A stretch of DNA of 64,000 nt. Source: Alphaproteobacteria bacterium. Lineage in GTDB: Bacteria; Pseudomonadota; Alphaproteobacteria; Bin95. Under the pieces are notes generated by a model. That model worked only from the letters and a program-made list of their open reading frames with translations, was not told where the DNA came from and made no database searches. This document shows, in pieces, positions 29,073 to 37,583 of the stretch. Made by a program: the position numbers and the translations under genes. The DNA is taken from the NCBI GenBank assembly GCA_965205265.1, contig CBDBGH010000003.1, positions 32,001 through 96,000 on the forward strand, in the 5' to 3' direction. Position 1 is the first letter of the stretch. Each line of letters starts with the position of its first letter.

Positions 29073-29155
29073 TTCGATACGCCTCCCTCCGGTCGGCTAC
29101 TCAGGATGAGGGAAAAGCTGAACCGGACAGCAATGGCTTGGGGGCCGGGGTGACG
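29073..29155. repeat. Composite remnant: third hairpin family + MITE terminus + half family B REP arm
   Basis: TTCGATACGCC...GGCTACTCAGGATGAGG, then CTGAACCGGACAGCAAT (29118-29134), then GGCTTGGGGGCCGGGGTGACG. Confidence 0.75.
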
Positions 29156-29217
29156 GGTGAGGCTCTGCGGACGAGTCTGTTCGAACGGCTCGGCGGGCAG
29201 GCGCGGGTGCGGTCGGG

Positions 29218-30102
29218 TTGACGACCCTCGGATTCATCGGGCTCGGCGCCATGGGCGGGCCGATGTGCCGGAACCTTGCCGGGCGCGCCGGCCTGCCCGT
29301 TATCGCCCACGATATCGACCCGCAGGCCCGCGCCCGGTGCGCCGGGCGGGCGTGCGTCGCGACGGCAGACCCCGCGCGGGTGGCGCGCGATTGCGCCGTC
29401 GCCTTCCTTTCGCTGCCGGGGGCGGCGGAGGTTCGCCGCGCCTGCCTGGGCGATGACGGGCTGCTGGCCCATGCGCGCGCCGGCAATGTCGTCGTCGATT
29501 GCAGCACGGTGCCGCTGGCGCTGACGCGCGAGCTTGCCGCCGCCTTTGCCGAAAAGCGCGCGCGCTATGTCGATGCCCCGGTAGCCGGGACCGTCCGGTC
29601 GGTCGCGGACCGGGAAATCAGCGTCATGGTCGGGGCGGACAAGGAGACATTCGCCCGCCTGGCGCCGCTACTGGATTGCATGGCGGAGACGGTGCTGCAT
29701 TGCGGCGAGAGCGGGAGCGGCGCGGTGACGAAGCTGCTGCTGAACATGGTGCTCGCCCAGTCCGTCGCCGCGCTTGCCGAGGCCCTGCTGCTCGGCCGCC
29801 GGGCGGGCGTGGACGGAGAGCGCCTGTTTGAGGCCTTCCGGAACGGGTGCGACAGCTTCGCGCTTCGCCAGCACGGCATGACGGCGCTGCTGCCCGGCAG
29901 CTTTCCCGAAGGCAGGTTCCCGGCGCGCTACATGCTGAAAGACCTCGACTATGTCATGGAGCTGAAAGAGTCGCTGGGGATGACGCTCGGGGGCATGGAG
30001 CTTACCCACGGCCTGCTGGAGCGCACCGTCGCCGCGGGCCTCGGCGATGCCTACTGGCCTGCGCTGATCCATGCGGTCGAGGAGGGCGGAGAGCAGCCAT
30101 GA
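29218..30102 (+). CDS. NAD(P)-dependent beta-hydroxyacid dehydrogenase family protein
   Basis: GFIGLGAMG, VDAPVAG, KLLLN and MLKDL motifs. Confidence 0.9.
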   Translation: MTTLGFIGLGAMGGPMCRNLAGRAGLPVIAHDIDPQARARCAGRACVATADPARVARDCAVAFLSLPGAAEVRRACLGDDGLLAHARAGNVVVDCSTVPLALTRELAAAFAEKRARYVDAPVAGTVRSVADREISVMVGADKETFARLAPLLDCMAETVLHCGESGSGAVTKLLLNMVLAQSVAALAEALLLGRRAGVDGERLFEAFRNGCDSFALRQHGMTALLPGSFPEGRFPARYMLKDLDYVMELKESLGMTLGGMELTHGLLERTVAAGLGDAYWPALIHAVEEGGEQP

Positions 30103-31238
30103 CGGATACCGTGTCGGTGAACGGCCGTTGCGACCGGCGCTTCGCCGCGCTCGCCGATGCGTTCGCGGAGAATTTCGCGACCCGCGGCGAGGCCGGCGCC
30201 GCCGTCGCCGTCACCCTGAACGGCGAGCCGGTCGTCGATCTCCGGGGCGGCTTCGCCGACAGCGCCCGCACGCGCCCCTGGGCGGAGGACACGCTGGTCT
30301 GCATGATGTCGGTCGCCAAGGCGGCGACGGCGCTCTGCGCCGCGATGGCCGTGGACCGGGGCCTGATTGGCTGGGACGAGCCGGTGGCGCGCTACTGGCC
30401 GGAATTCGCGGCCGCCGGCAAGGGCGAAATCCCGGTCCGGTGGGTCCTCGACCACCGTGCCGGCATGGCGGCAATTGCGCAGGCCATGCCCGACGGTGCG
30501 GCCTACGACTGGGATTCGATGACCGGGGCGCTGGCCGCGCAAGCGCCCTTGTCGCCGCCGGGCAAGGCGCGCGCCTACCATTCCGTGACCCTGGGTTACC
30601 TGGTCGGCGAACTGATACGGCGCACGGACGGGCGGAGCCTCGGGCGCTTCCTCGCCGAGGAGGTCTGCGGTCCGCACGGCATCGAATACTGGATCGGCCT
30701 GCCGCCGGAACTGCACGGGCGGTGCGCGGAATTCTTCGGCGAGACCGAGGGCACGCTGTTCGACCGCTCGGAGCCGGACTCCCTGAAGTGCCGGGCGATG
30801 GCGCAGGTGCCGGCGGAGGATTTCAACACCGAGCGGTTCCGCGCGGCGGAAATCCCCTCGATCAACGGCATCGGCACGGCGCGCGGCGTCGCCCGGCTGT
30901 TCGACGGCCTCGCCGCCGGCGGCGTGCTGGACGGCAGGCGCCTGTTGAGCGCCGGAGTGCTGGCGGAGGCCACGACAGAGCAATGGCACGGCAGGGAGGA
31001 TCTGCTGGGGCACACGCGGCGCATGGCTCTCGGCTTCGCGCTCGGCCTGCCGGGGCACTTGGCGATGGGGCCGAGCCCGCGCGCCTTCGGGCACACCGGC
31101 GCGGGCGGCGCCATCGGCTTCGCCGACCCGGACGCCGGCCTCGGCTTCGCCTACGCGCCCAACTGCATGTATTCCGGCCCGGGCATCAGCCCGCGCCTGA
31201 GCGCCCTGGTGGACGCCTTGTACGAAGCGCTTGCGTGA
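30099..31238 (+). CDS. Serine hydrolase (beta-lactamase class C-like esterase)
   Basis: SVAK (SxxK), LDHRAG, YHS and FGHTGAGG motifs. Confidence 0.92.
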   Translation: MTDTVSVNGRCDRRFAALADAFAENFATRGEAGAAVAVTLNGEPVVDLRGGFADSARTRPWAEDTLVCMMSVAKAATALCAAMAVDRGLIGWDEPVARYWPEFAAAGKGEIPVRWVLDHRAGMAAIAQAMPDGAAYDWDSMTGALAAQAPLSPPGKARAYHSVTLGYLVGELIRRTDGRSLGRFLAEEVCGPHGIEYWIGLPPELHGRCAEFFGETEGTLFDRSEPDSLKCRAMAQVPAEDFNTERFRAAEIPSINGIGTARGVARLFDGLAAGGVLDGRRLLSAGVLAEATTEQWHGREDLLGHTRRMALGFALGLPGHLAMGPSPRAFGHTGAGGAIGFADPDAGLGFAYAPNCMYSGPGISPRLSALVDALYEALA

Positions 31239-31401
31239 ATCGTCGGATAAAGGGTGGCTTTGCGGGCAGGGTCGCTACCGGGGCTGTGGTTTCATATGCC
31301 GCTCGATACTCGCCATTCGCTCATCGACGATATCGGCCCCGAAGCTGTTGCCTCCCGTATATTTCCGAATCTCAGCCTCGGCCGTTCTCCGCTTGCACCG
31401 G

Positions 31402-31569
31402 CTACGGGACCAGCTTCAGCAGGGCGACTGCGACACCCACGATGGCGAAGACGGCGCCCACCATGCGCCAGTCGCGATTGTTGATCTCGCGGACCAGCCG
31501 CGTTTCAAGCTCTGCCAGACCGGCCGTCAAATCGGCCTTCGTTGCGAACTGCTCGCTGTCTTGCGCCAC
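31402..31569 (-). CDS. Small DUF1640/CCDC90-like coiled-coil protein with C-terminal TM
   Basis: GAAGGAGG RBS then GTG; FATKADL motif, short coiled coil, hydrophobic tail ending LLKLVP. Confidence 0.65.
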   Translation of the reverse strand: MAQDSEQFATKADLTAGLAELETRLVREINNRDWRMVGAVFAIVGVAVALLKLVP

Positions 31570-31701
31570 GACGGTCAGCCCTCCTTCGGCAAAGCCCTTT
31601 TCCATGCGGCCCTTCAGCCGCTCTTCTACCGGAACCGGCTTCTGAATATGCGCGCTCGCGGCCGGTGTTGCAATGGACGGCGCATGATTCGAAAGGCGGG
31701 A

Positions 31702-31776
31702 TGGCTCCGCGGGTAGGATTCGAACCTACGACCAATCGGTTAACAGCCGACCGCTCTACCACTGAGCTACCGCGGA
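31702..31776 (-). tRNA. tRNA-Asn (GTT)
   Basis: TCCGCGGTAGCTCAGTGGTAGAGC...CTGTTAA...GGTTCGAATCC...GCCA cloverleaf. Confidence 0.97.
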
Positions 31777-31829
31777 ACAGACCCGAATGCGCGCCCTTAT
31801 AGCGGCGTCGGGACCGCTTGGCGAGGGGC

Positions 31830-31903
31830 TGGAGGCGCGGACCGGATTCGAACCGGTGTAAGCGGATTTGCAGTCCGATGGATAGCCACTCTCCCACCGC
31901 GCC
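31830..31903 (-). tRNA. tRNA-Cys (GCA)
   Basis: GGCGCGGTGGGAGAGTGGCTATCC...CTGCAAA...GGTTCGAATCC...TCCA cloverleaf. Confidence 0.95.
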
Positions 31904-31995
31904 GCCGGGGCCTCCACATAGGCCGGCAGCCGGGTGCGGTCAATGCGCGGCGGGCGGCCGCTGCCCGGGTCGGAGGAGGGGCCGCCGCCGCGCTG

Positions 31996-32421
31996 CTACC
32001 GGTCGGTCCACCGCTTGCGCTTCCGCGGGCGCCGGGCGAGGCGGGTTTCGCGGGTCAGGCCGTGGCGCCTCAGGAAGCGCTGCACCGTGGTCGGGTGGAA
32101 CTCCAGCCCCTCGGCGGCGAGCGCATCGCGCAGCCCGTACATGGAAAGCCCCGGCCGCGCCTCCAGAATGCGCAGGATGCGCGCGCGCTCCGGCCCGATC
32201 TGCGAGCGGCGGCCGCCCCGCCTGTCGGCCCGCACATGGCCGCGCTCGCGAAACCGCTTCACCCAACCCCAGACACTGCTCTTCGGCAGGCCGAACCGCC
32301 GCGCCGCCGCACGTATGCTCATGCCCTCGCGCAGCACGGCCGCCACCGCCGCCGCCCGCAGGTCCTCGCCCACCGCCCGGCCCCGCCGCCGCCCCGGCAA
32401 TCCGTCCACGGGTCCGTCCAT
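31996..32421 (-). CDS. Stand-alone HTH protein resembling the IS630 transposase N-terminus (no DDE domain)
   Basis: GMSIRAAARRFGL..SSV..WVKRFRE.G and second HTH LRDALAAEG....TTVQRFLRRHGLT; no downstream catalytic ORF. Confidence 0.75.
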   Translation of the reverse strand: MDGPVDGLPGRRRGRAVGEDLRAAAVAAVLREGMSIRAAARRFGLPKSSVWGWVKRFRERGHVRADRRGGRRSQIGPERARILRILEARPGLSMYGLRDALAAEGLEFHPTTVQRFLRRHGLTRETRLARRPRKRKRWTDR

Positions 32422-32647
32422 CGCCCTGTCTTTTCCTCTGGCGATTCCGCCGCCGCGAACCGCCCCTTTTCGGCCGAAATCGACCGCCACGTCCGGCCGT
32501 CCGGCCGCACCTCCCCTCTGGGTCGGCGGGGGCCCCGGTCAGCGGTCCTCACGCCTTCGGTTTCGGTGCTTCGCAAGGGCGGCGCAAGCCGCCGCCGGTC
32601 GGTCAGGTCATGGCCTCTCTCGGCATGTTTTCTTGGTAAGAAGGGAT

Positions 32648-32676
32648 ATATAGAGAACAAATAGCCTGGAGTCAAG
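32648..32676 (-). promoter_or_regulatory. Sigma70 promoter
   Basis: CTTGAC-N17-CTATAT on the minus strand, matching the rhizobial housekeeping promoter consensus. Confidence 0.7.
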
Positions 32677-32715
32677 CTGATCGGGGCCGTTTCCTCCCCC
32701 GTCATGCCCCCGTAT

Positions 32716-32803
32716 CGTCATGCCCGGACTTGTTCCGGGCATCCCCCGCCGCCGCTTCCACCGCACGGCCGCATGGATACCCGGAACAAGTCCGGGTATG
32801 ACG
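32716..32803. repeat. Family A REP doublet
   Basis: CGTCATGCCCGGACTTGTTCCGGGCATC...GATACCCGGAACAAGTCCGGGTATGACG. Confidence 0.9.
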
Positions 32804-32926
32804 GAGGAGAGGCGCTCTTCGACAGGCTCCTTCGATACGCGGCTGCCTGCCGGGCGGCGTTGACGGCGGAAGCGGCGCCGGCCCAGACTGGCGGACGGCG
32901 GCAGAGGGGGAGGAGGCCCGCGGCCC

Positions 32927-34084
32927 ATGAGCCATGAGAAGCCCTATGCGGGGCTGCGCGTCGTCGATCTCAGCCAGGGGATCGCCGGGCCCTATTGCGC
33001 GATGCTGCTGGCGCAGCACGGCGCCGATGTCATCAAGGTCGAGCCGCCCGAGGGCGACTGGGCGCGGGTGCTGGGCCCCCGCTATGGCAGCCACACGGCG
33101 TTTTCCGTCATCGGCAATCTAGGCAAGCGCGGCATCGTGCTGGACCTCAAGCAGGAGGGCGACAAGGAAAAGCTGCGCCGGCTGCTGCGGACCGCGGACG
33201 TCTTCATGGAGGGCTTCCGGCCGGGCGTGGCCGCGCGGCTCGGCTTCGATTTCGAGACCGTGAAGACGCTGGCGCCGGGCATCGTCTATGTCTCGGTTTC
33301 GGGCTTCGGGCAGACCGGCCCGCTCAGCGCCAAGCCCGCGATGGACCCGGTGTTGCAGGCCTTCACCGGCTTCACGCACGAGAACAAGGGCCATGACGGC
33401 ATCCCGCACCGCGCCACCCCGATCATCGTGGACATGTCCACCGCGCTCTACACGCACCAGGCGGTGGCGGCGGCGGTCTATGCGCAGCGCGACGACCGCC
33501 GGGCGCGCTTCATCGACTCCAGCCTGATGGCGGCGGCCGCCAACCTCCAGGCGGTGCGCATGTGTGCGACGGTGATGGAAGGCCGGCCCATGCAGATGCC
33601 GACCTCGCCTTCCGGCGTGTTCCGGACGGCCGATGGCTGGCTGCATCTCGTCGTCCTGAAGGACAGCGACTTCCAGGCGCTTTGCGGCCTGATCGACCGC
33701 TCCGACCTCGCGGCCGACCCGCGCTTCGCAGGCCCGGCGGGGCGGGCGACCCATGCCGAAGAACTCAATGCTGCGGTCGCGGAGCATATTGCGGCAGGGC
33801 CGACGGCGCACTGGCAGGAATGCCTGACCGAAGCCGGGCTCCAGAACGAGGCGGTCCAGGACTATGCGCAGTTCGCCGCGCATCCGCAGACGGAGGCGAT
33901 GGGCCTGATTTCGCATCTGGAGCAGCCCGGCGGCGACCGCCTCTGGCCGGTGCCCAACCCGGCCGGCGCGCCGCCGCTGGTTTCGGGAAGCCCGGCCGCG
34001 ACGGCGCCCGCGCTCGGCCAGCACACGCAAGAAGTGCTGCTGGAACTGGAGGAATCGGAGACCGTCGCCGCCGCCGAGGAGTGA
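32927..34084 (+). CDS. CoA-transferase family III (CaiB/BaiF)
   Basis: VVDLSQGIAGP, GADVIKVEPP.GD, FRPGV and SGFGQTGP motifs. Confidence 0.93.
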   Translation: MSHEKPYAGLRVVDLSQGIAGPYCAMLLAQHGADVIKVEPPEGDWARVLGPRYGSHTAFSVIGNLGKRGIVLDLKQEGDKEKLRRLLRTADVFMEGFRPGVAARLGFDFETVKTLAPGIVYVSVSGFGQTGPLSAKPAMDPVLQAFTGFTHENKGHDGIPHRATPIIVDMSTALYTHQAVAAAVYAQRDDRRARFIDSSLMAAAANLQAVRMCATVMEGRPMQMPTSPSGVFRTADGWLHLVVLKDSDFQALCGLIDRSDLAADPRFAGPAGRATHAEELNAAVAEHIAAGPTAHWQECLTEAGLQNEAVQDYAQFAAHPQTEAMGLISHLEQPGGDRLWPVPNPAGAPPLVSGSPAATAPALGQHTQEVLLELEESETVAAAEE

Positions 34085-34175
34085 AGCGCCCGGCCGGGCG
34101 TTGCCGCCCCCGGACGCATCTGCTAAAGGCTCCCCCCGCAAGCGGTCCCGGGACCGCGCGGGAGGGGGGACAGCA

Positions 34176-34946
34176 TTGGACCGGCCGGTTCTCGAAGTCC
34201 GCGATGTCGCGGTGCATTTCGGCGGCATCGTGGCGCTGGACGGCGTGTCCTTCGACATTCCGAAGGACCTGATCGTCGGCCTGATCGGCCCCAACGGCGC
34301 CGGCAAGACGACGCTGTTCAACTGCCTCTCGCGGCTCTACACGCCGAACTCCGGCGAAATCCTGTTCAAGGGCGAGTCGCTGCTGGGCCTGCCGGCGAAC
34401 CGGATCGCCTCGCTCGGCATCGGGCGCACTTTCCAGAACCTCGCGCTCTTCCCGACGCTCTCCGTGCTCGACAATGTGATGATCGGCGGCCATTCGCGCA
34501 CCGGCAGCGACTATGTGTCCAACGCCTTCCGCCTGCCCTGGGTGCGCCGGGAGGAGGCCGGGCTGATGGCCCGCGCGCTGGAACTGATCGACTTCATGGA
34601 CCTCTCCGAGGCGACGCACACGCCGGTCGGCGGCCTGCCCTTCGGCTACCAGAAGCGGGTGGAGATGGCGCGCGCGCTCGCCGGCGAGCCCGAACTGCTG
34701 CTGCTGGACGAGCCGGCGGGCGGGCTCAACCATGAGGAGCTCGACCACCTGATGGGGCAGATCCGCCAGATCCGGGACGAGCGCGGCATCACCATCCTCC
34801 TGGTCGAGCACCATATGAGCCTGGTCATGCAGGTGTCGGACAAGGTCGTGGCCATAGACTTCGGCCGCAAGATCGCCGACGGCACGCCGGAAGAGGTGCA
34901 GCAGGACCCCAAGGTCATCGAAGCCTATCTCGGGACGGCGCACTGA
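34176..34946 (+). CDS. Branched-chain amino acid-type ABC ATPase (LivG-like)
   Basis: GPNGAGKTT, RTFQN and LLLDEPAGG motifs. Confidence 0.93.
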   Translation: MDRPVLEVRDVAVHFGGIVALDGVSFDIPKDLIVGLIGPNGAGKTTLFNCLSRLYTPNSGEILFKGESLLGLPANRIASLGIGRTFQNLALFPTLSVLDNVMIGGHSRTGSDYVSNAFRLPWVRREEAGLMARALELIDFMDLSEATHTPVGGLPFGYQKRVEMARALAGEPELLLLDEPAGGLNHEELDHLMGQIRQIRDERGITILLVEHHMSLVMQVSDKVVAIDFGRKIADGTPEEVQQDPKVIEAYLGTAH

Positions 34947-35656
34947 TGGCGTTCCTCGAGGTCCGGGGGCTGGAAGCCTATTACCGCCAGACCCAGGCGC
35001 TGTTCGGCGTCGATTTCGCGCTCGACGAAGGGTCGATCACGGCGGTCCTCGGCGCGAACGGCGCGGGCAAGACGACGACCTTGCGCGCCATCTGCCGCAT
35101 GGTGCGCACCGAAGGCGAGGTTGTGTTCGACGGGCAGGACCTTTCCGGCCTCTCGACCGAGCGCGTGGTCGGGCTCGGCATCGCGCATGTGCCGGAGGGC
35201 CGGGGCACATTCGTGCGCCAGTCGGTCGAGGAGAACCTCGCGCTCGGCGCCTATACGCGCAAGAACAAGGCCGACATCGCCGCCGACATGGAGAGCGTTT
35301 ACGGCTATTTCCCGAGGCTCGGCGAACGCCGCCGCCAGCAGGCGGGCACGCTCTCCGGCGGCGAGCAGCAGATGCTCGCCATCGGCCGCGCGCTGATGCT
35401 GCGCCCGAAGCTCATGCTGCTCGACGAGCCCTCCTTCGGCCTCGCGCCGCTGATCGTGCAGGAGATCTACGAAATCATGGCGCGCATCCGCGAGCGCGAA
35501 GGCACCTCCATGCTGCTGGTGGAGCAGAATGCGAGCATCGCGCTCGAACTGGCCGACCACGCCTATCTGCTGGAAACGGGCAGGGTGGTGATGGGCGGCG
35601 AATCCAGCCTGCTGCGCGACGACGAAGACATCCGCCGCAGCTATCTCGGTTACTGA
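34946..35656 (+). CDS. ABC ATPase (LivF-like)
   Basis: GANGAGKTT, LSGGEQQM and LLDEPSFGLAP motifs. Confidence 0.93.
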   Translation: MAFLEVRGLEAYYRQTQALFGVDFALDEGSITAVLGANGAGKTTTLRAICRMVRTEGEVVFDGQDLSGLSTERVVGLGIAHVPEGRGTFVRQSVEENLALGAYTRKNKADIAADMESVYGYFPRLGERRRQQAGTLSGGEQQMLAIGRALMLRPKLMLLDEPSFGLAPLIVQEIYEIMARIREREGTSMLLVEQNASIALELADHAYLLETGRVVMGGESSLLRDDEDIRRSYLGY

Positions 35657-35672
35657 AAGCGCCCGCCCGGAG

Positions 35673-36548
35673 ATGGACCTTTTCCTGCAACTGACGCTCG
35701 CCGGCCTGGCCATCGGGTCGATTTATTCCTGCGTCGCGCTGGCCGTGGTGATGATCTACCAGGCCACCGACCACTTCAATTTCGCCCAGGGCGAGATGGC
35801 GATGTTCTCCACCTATATCGCCTGGACGCTTGTGGGCCTCGGCGCGCCGGTCTGGCTGGCCTTCCTGCTGGCGGTGGGTCTGTCCTTCCTGGCGGGCGTC
35901 ATCATCGAGCGGGTGATCGTGAAGCCGGTCGAGAACGCCCCGGTGCTCAACCAGATCATCGTGTTCATCGGCCTCTTGGTGATCTTCAACGCGGTGGCCG
36001 GCTGGATCTGGGAGTTCACGATCAAGCCCTTCCCGAGCCTCTTCCCGGAGGACCTCGGCTTCAAATCGACGCTGATCGGGCCGCACCATCTGGGCGTCAT
36101 CGCGCTGACGCTGGGCGTGCTGGCGCTGGTCTTCGCCTTCTTCCGCTTCACGCGGGTGGGGCTCGCCATGCGCGCCGCCGCCGCCAATCCGGACTCGGCG
36201 AGGCTGGTCGGCGTTTCGGTCGGCTGGATGCTGGCGCTCGGCTGGGGGCTGGCGGCCTCGATCGGGGCCGTCGGCGGCATCCTCGTCGCCCCCATCGTCT
36301 ATCTGGAGCCGAACATGATGGCGGGCGTGCTGCTCTACGGCTTCGCCGGCGCGCTGCTCGGCGGCGTGTCCAGCCCCGGCGGCGCGGTGCTGGGTGGGCT
36401 CGTGGTCGGCGTGCTGGAGAACTGGGTCGGGCAGTATGTGCCGGGCGGCTCGGAGCTCAAGCTCACCTTCGCGCTCATCCTCATCGTGGGCGTGCTCGTC
36501 TTCAAGCCGGCCGGGCTGTTCGGCCGCGTCGTGGTGCGGAGGGTCTGA
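35673..36548 (+). CDS. ABC permease (LivH-like)
   Basis: NFAQGE, GLAMRA and KPAGLFG motifs. Confidence 0.92.
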   Translation: MDLFLQLTLAGLAIGSIYSCVALAVVMIYQATDHFNFAQGEMAMFSTYIAWTLVGLGAPVWLAFLLAVGLSFLAGVIIERVIVKPVENAPVLNQIIVFIGLLVIFNAVAGWIWEFTIKPFPSLFPEDLGFKSTLIGPHHLGVIALTLGVLALVFAFFRFTRVGLAMRAAAANPDSARLVGVSVGWMLALGWGLAASIGAVGGILVAPIVYLEPNMMAGVLLYGFAGALLGGVSSPGGAVLGGLVVGVLENWVGQYVPGGSELKLTFALILIVGVLVFKPAGLFGRVVVRRV

Positions 36549-37549
36549 TGGCGGCGGATCGTCCCAATCCCGTCACGCCAGGGCTGCTGGCCGGCTTCGG
36601 CGCGGCGGTGCTGTTCGCCGCCATCGTGCCGCACCTCGTGTCGGACTTCACCAGCTTCCAGTTCACCCAGGCGATGGCCTACGGCATCGCGCTGCTCGGG
36701 CTGAATATCCTGACCGGCTACAACGGCCAGTTCTCCATCGGCCACAGCGCCTTCTACGCCGTGGGCGCCTACACGGCGGCGATCCTGCTCTACCATTTCG
36801 AGTGGAACCACTACGCCACCCTGCCGGTGGCGGCGCTGGCAGCCTTCGTCGTGGGCTTCCTGTTCGGCCTGCCGGCGCTCCGGCTGGAGGGGCTCTATCT
36901 GGCGCTCGCGACCTTCGCCTTCGCGGTGGCGACGCCGCAGCTGCTCAAATTCGACGCCTTCGAGCACTGGACAGGCGGCGTGCAGGGCCTCTTCGTGCCG
37001 AAGCCGGAGCCGCTGATCGAGGGGCTGAGCGCCGACCAGTCGCTCTACTATGTGACGCTCGCGGTCATGGTGTTCCTGATGGTCGTCGCCTGGTGCCTGC
37101 TGCGCAGCCGGTCGGGCCGGGCGATCATGGCGATCCGCGACAACCCGATCGCGGCCAGCACGATGGGCATCAACACCGCCCTCTACAAGACGACGACCTT
37201 CGGCATCAGCGCCATGTACACGGGCGTTGCGGGCGCGCTCAGCGTCTTCGTCACCGAATTCGTGGCGCCCGACGCCTTCAACTTCTTCCTCGCGGTCAAC
37301 CTTCTGGTCGGGTCCGTGGTCGGCGGCATCGTGTCGATACCGGGCGTGATCTTCGGCGGGCTGTTCCTGGTGTTCGTGCCCAATTTCGCCCAGGACATCA
37401 GCCGCGCCTATCCGTTCGTGCCGCCGCCCTGGGCGATCTTCGGCATCTTCCTGATCCTTGCGATATATTTCGTGCCGTTCGGGGTCTGGGGCGCGGTGGA
37501 ACGGGCGTTCGCCTGGTGGAAACGCAAATCGGCCGGCTCCGGCGGATAG
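36548..37549 (+). CDS. ABC permease (LivM-like)
   Basis: GYNGQFSIGH, GLYLALAT and AIRDNP motifs. Confidence 0.92.
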   Translation: MAADRPNPVTPGLLAGFGAAVLFAAIVPHLVSDFTSFQFTQAMAYGIALLGLNILTGYNGQFSIGHSAFYAVGAYTAAILLYHFEWNHYATLPVAALAAFVVGFLFGLPALRLEGLYLALATFAFAVATPQLLKFDAFEHWTGGVQGLFVPKPEPLIEGLSADQSLYYVTLAVMVFLMVVAWCLLRSRSGRAIMAIRDNPIAASTMGINTALYKTTTFGISAMYTGVAGALSVFVTEFVAPDAFNFFLAVNLLVGSVVGGIVSIPGVIFGGLFLVFVPNFAQDISRAYPFVPPPWAIFGIFLILAIYFVPFGVWGAVERAFAWWKRKSAGSGG

Positions 37550-37583
37550 AAACGGGACTCAACCGAAAGGGAGGTACAGACCC

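Noticed and set aside
32654-32668. LexA (SOS) box in the HTH gene promoter; a similar partial site at ~11183
   Set aside because: Only one GAAC/GTTC half-site of the GAAC-N7-GAAC pattern is present.
10396-32803. Recurrent 28-bp repeats with ~32-nt spacers suggesting CRISPR
   Set aside because: The repeats are inverted pairs at dispersed sites, the spacers are homologous to each other, and there are no cas genes; they are REP-like.
32816-32830. CTCTTCGACAGGCTC as a possible IS5-type end beside the REP at 32716
   Set aside because: No convincing partner inverted repeat on the other side of the REP.
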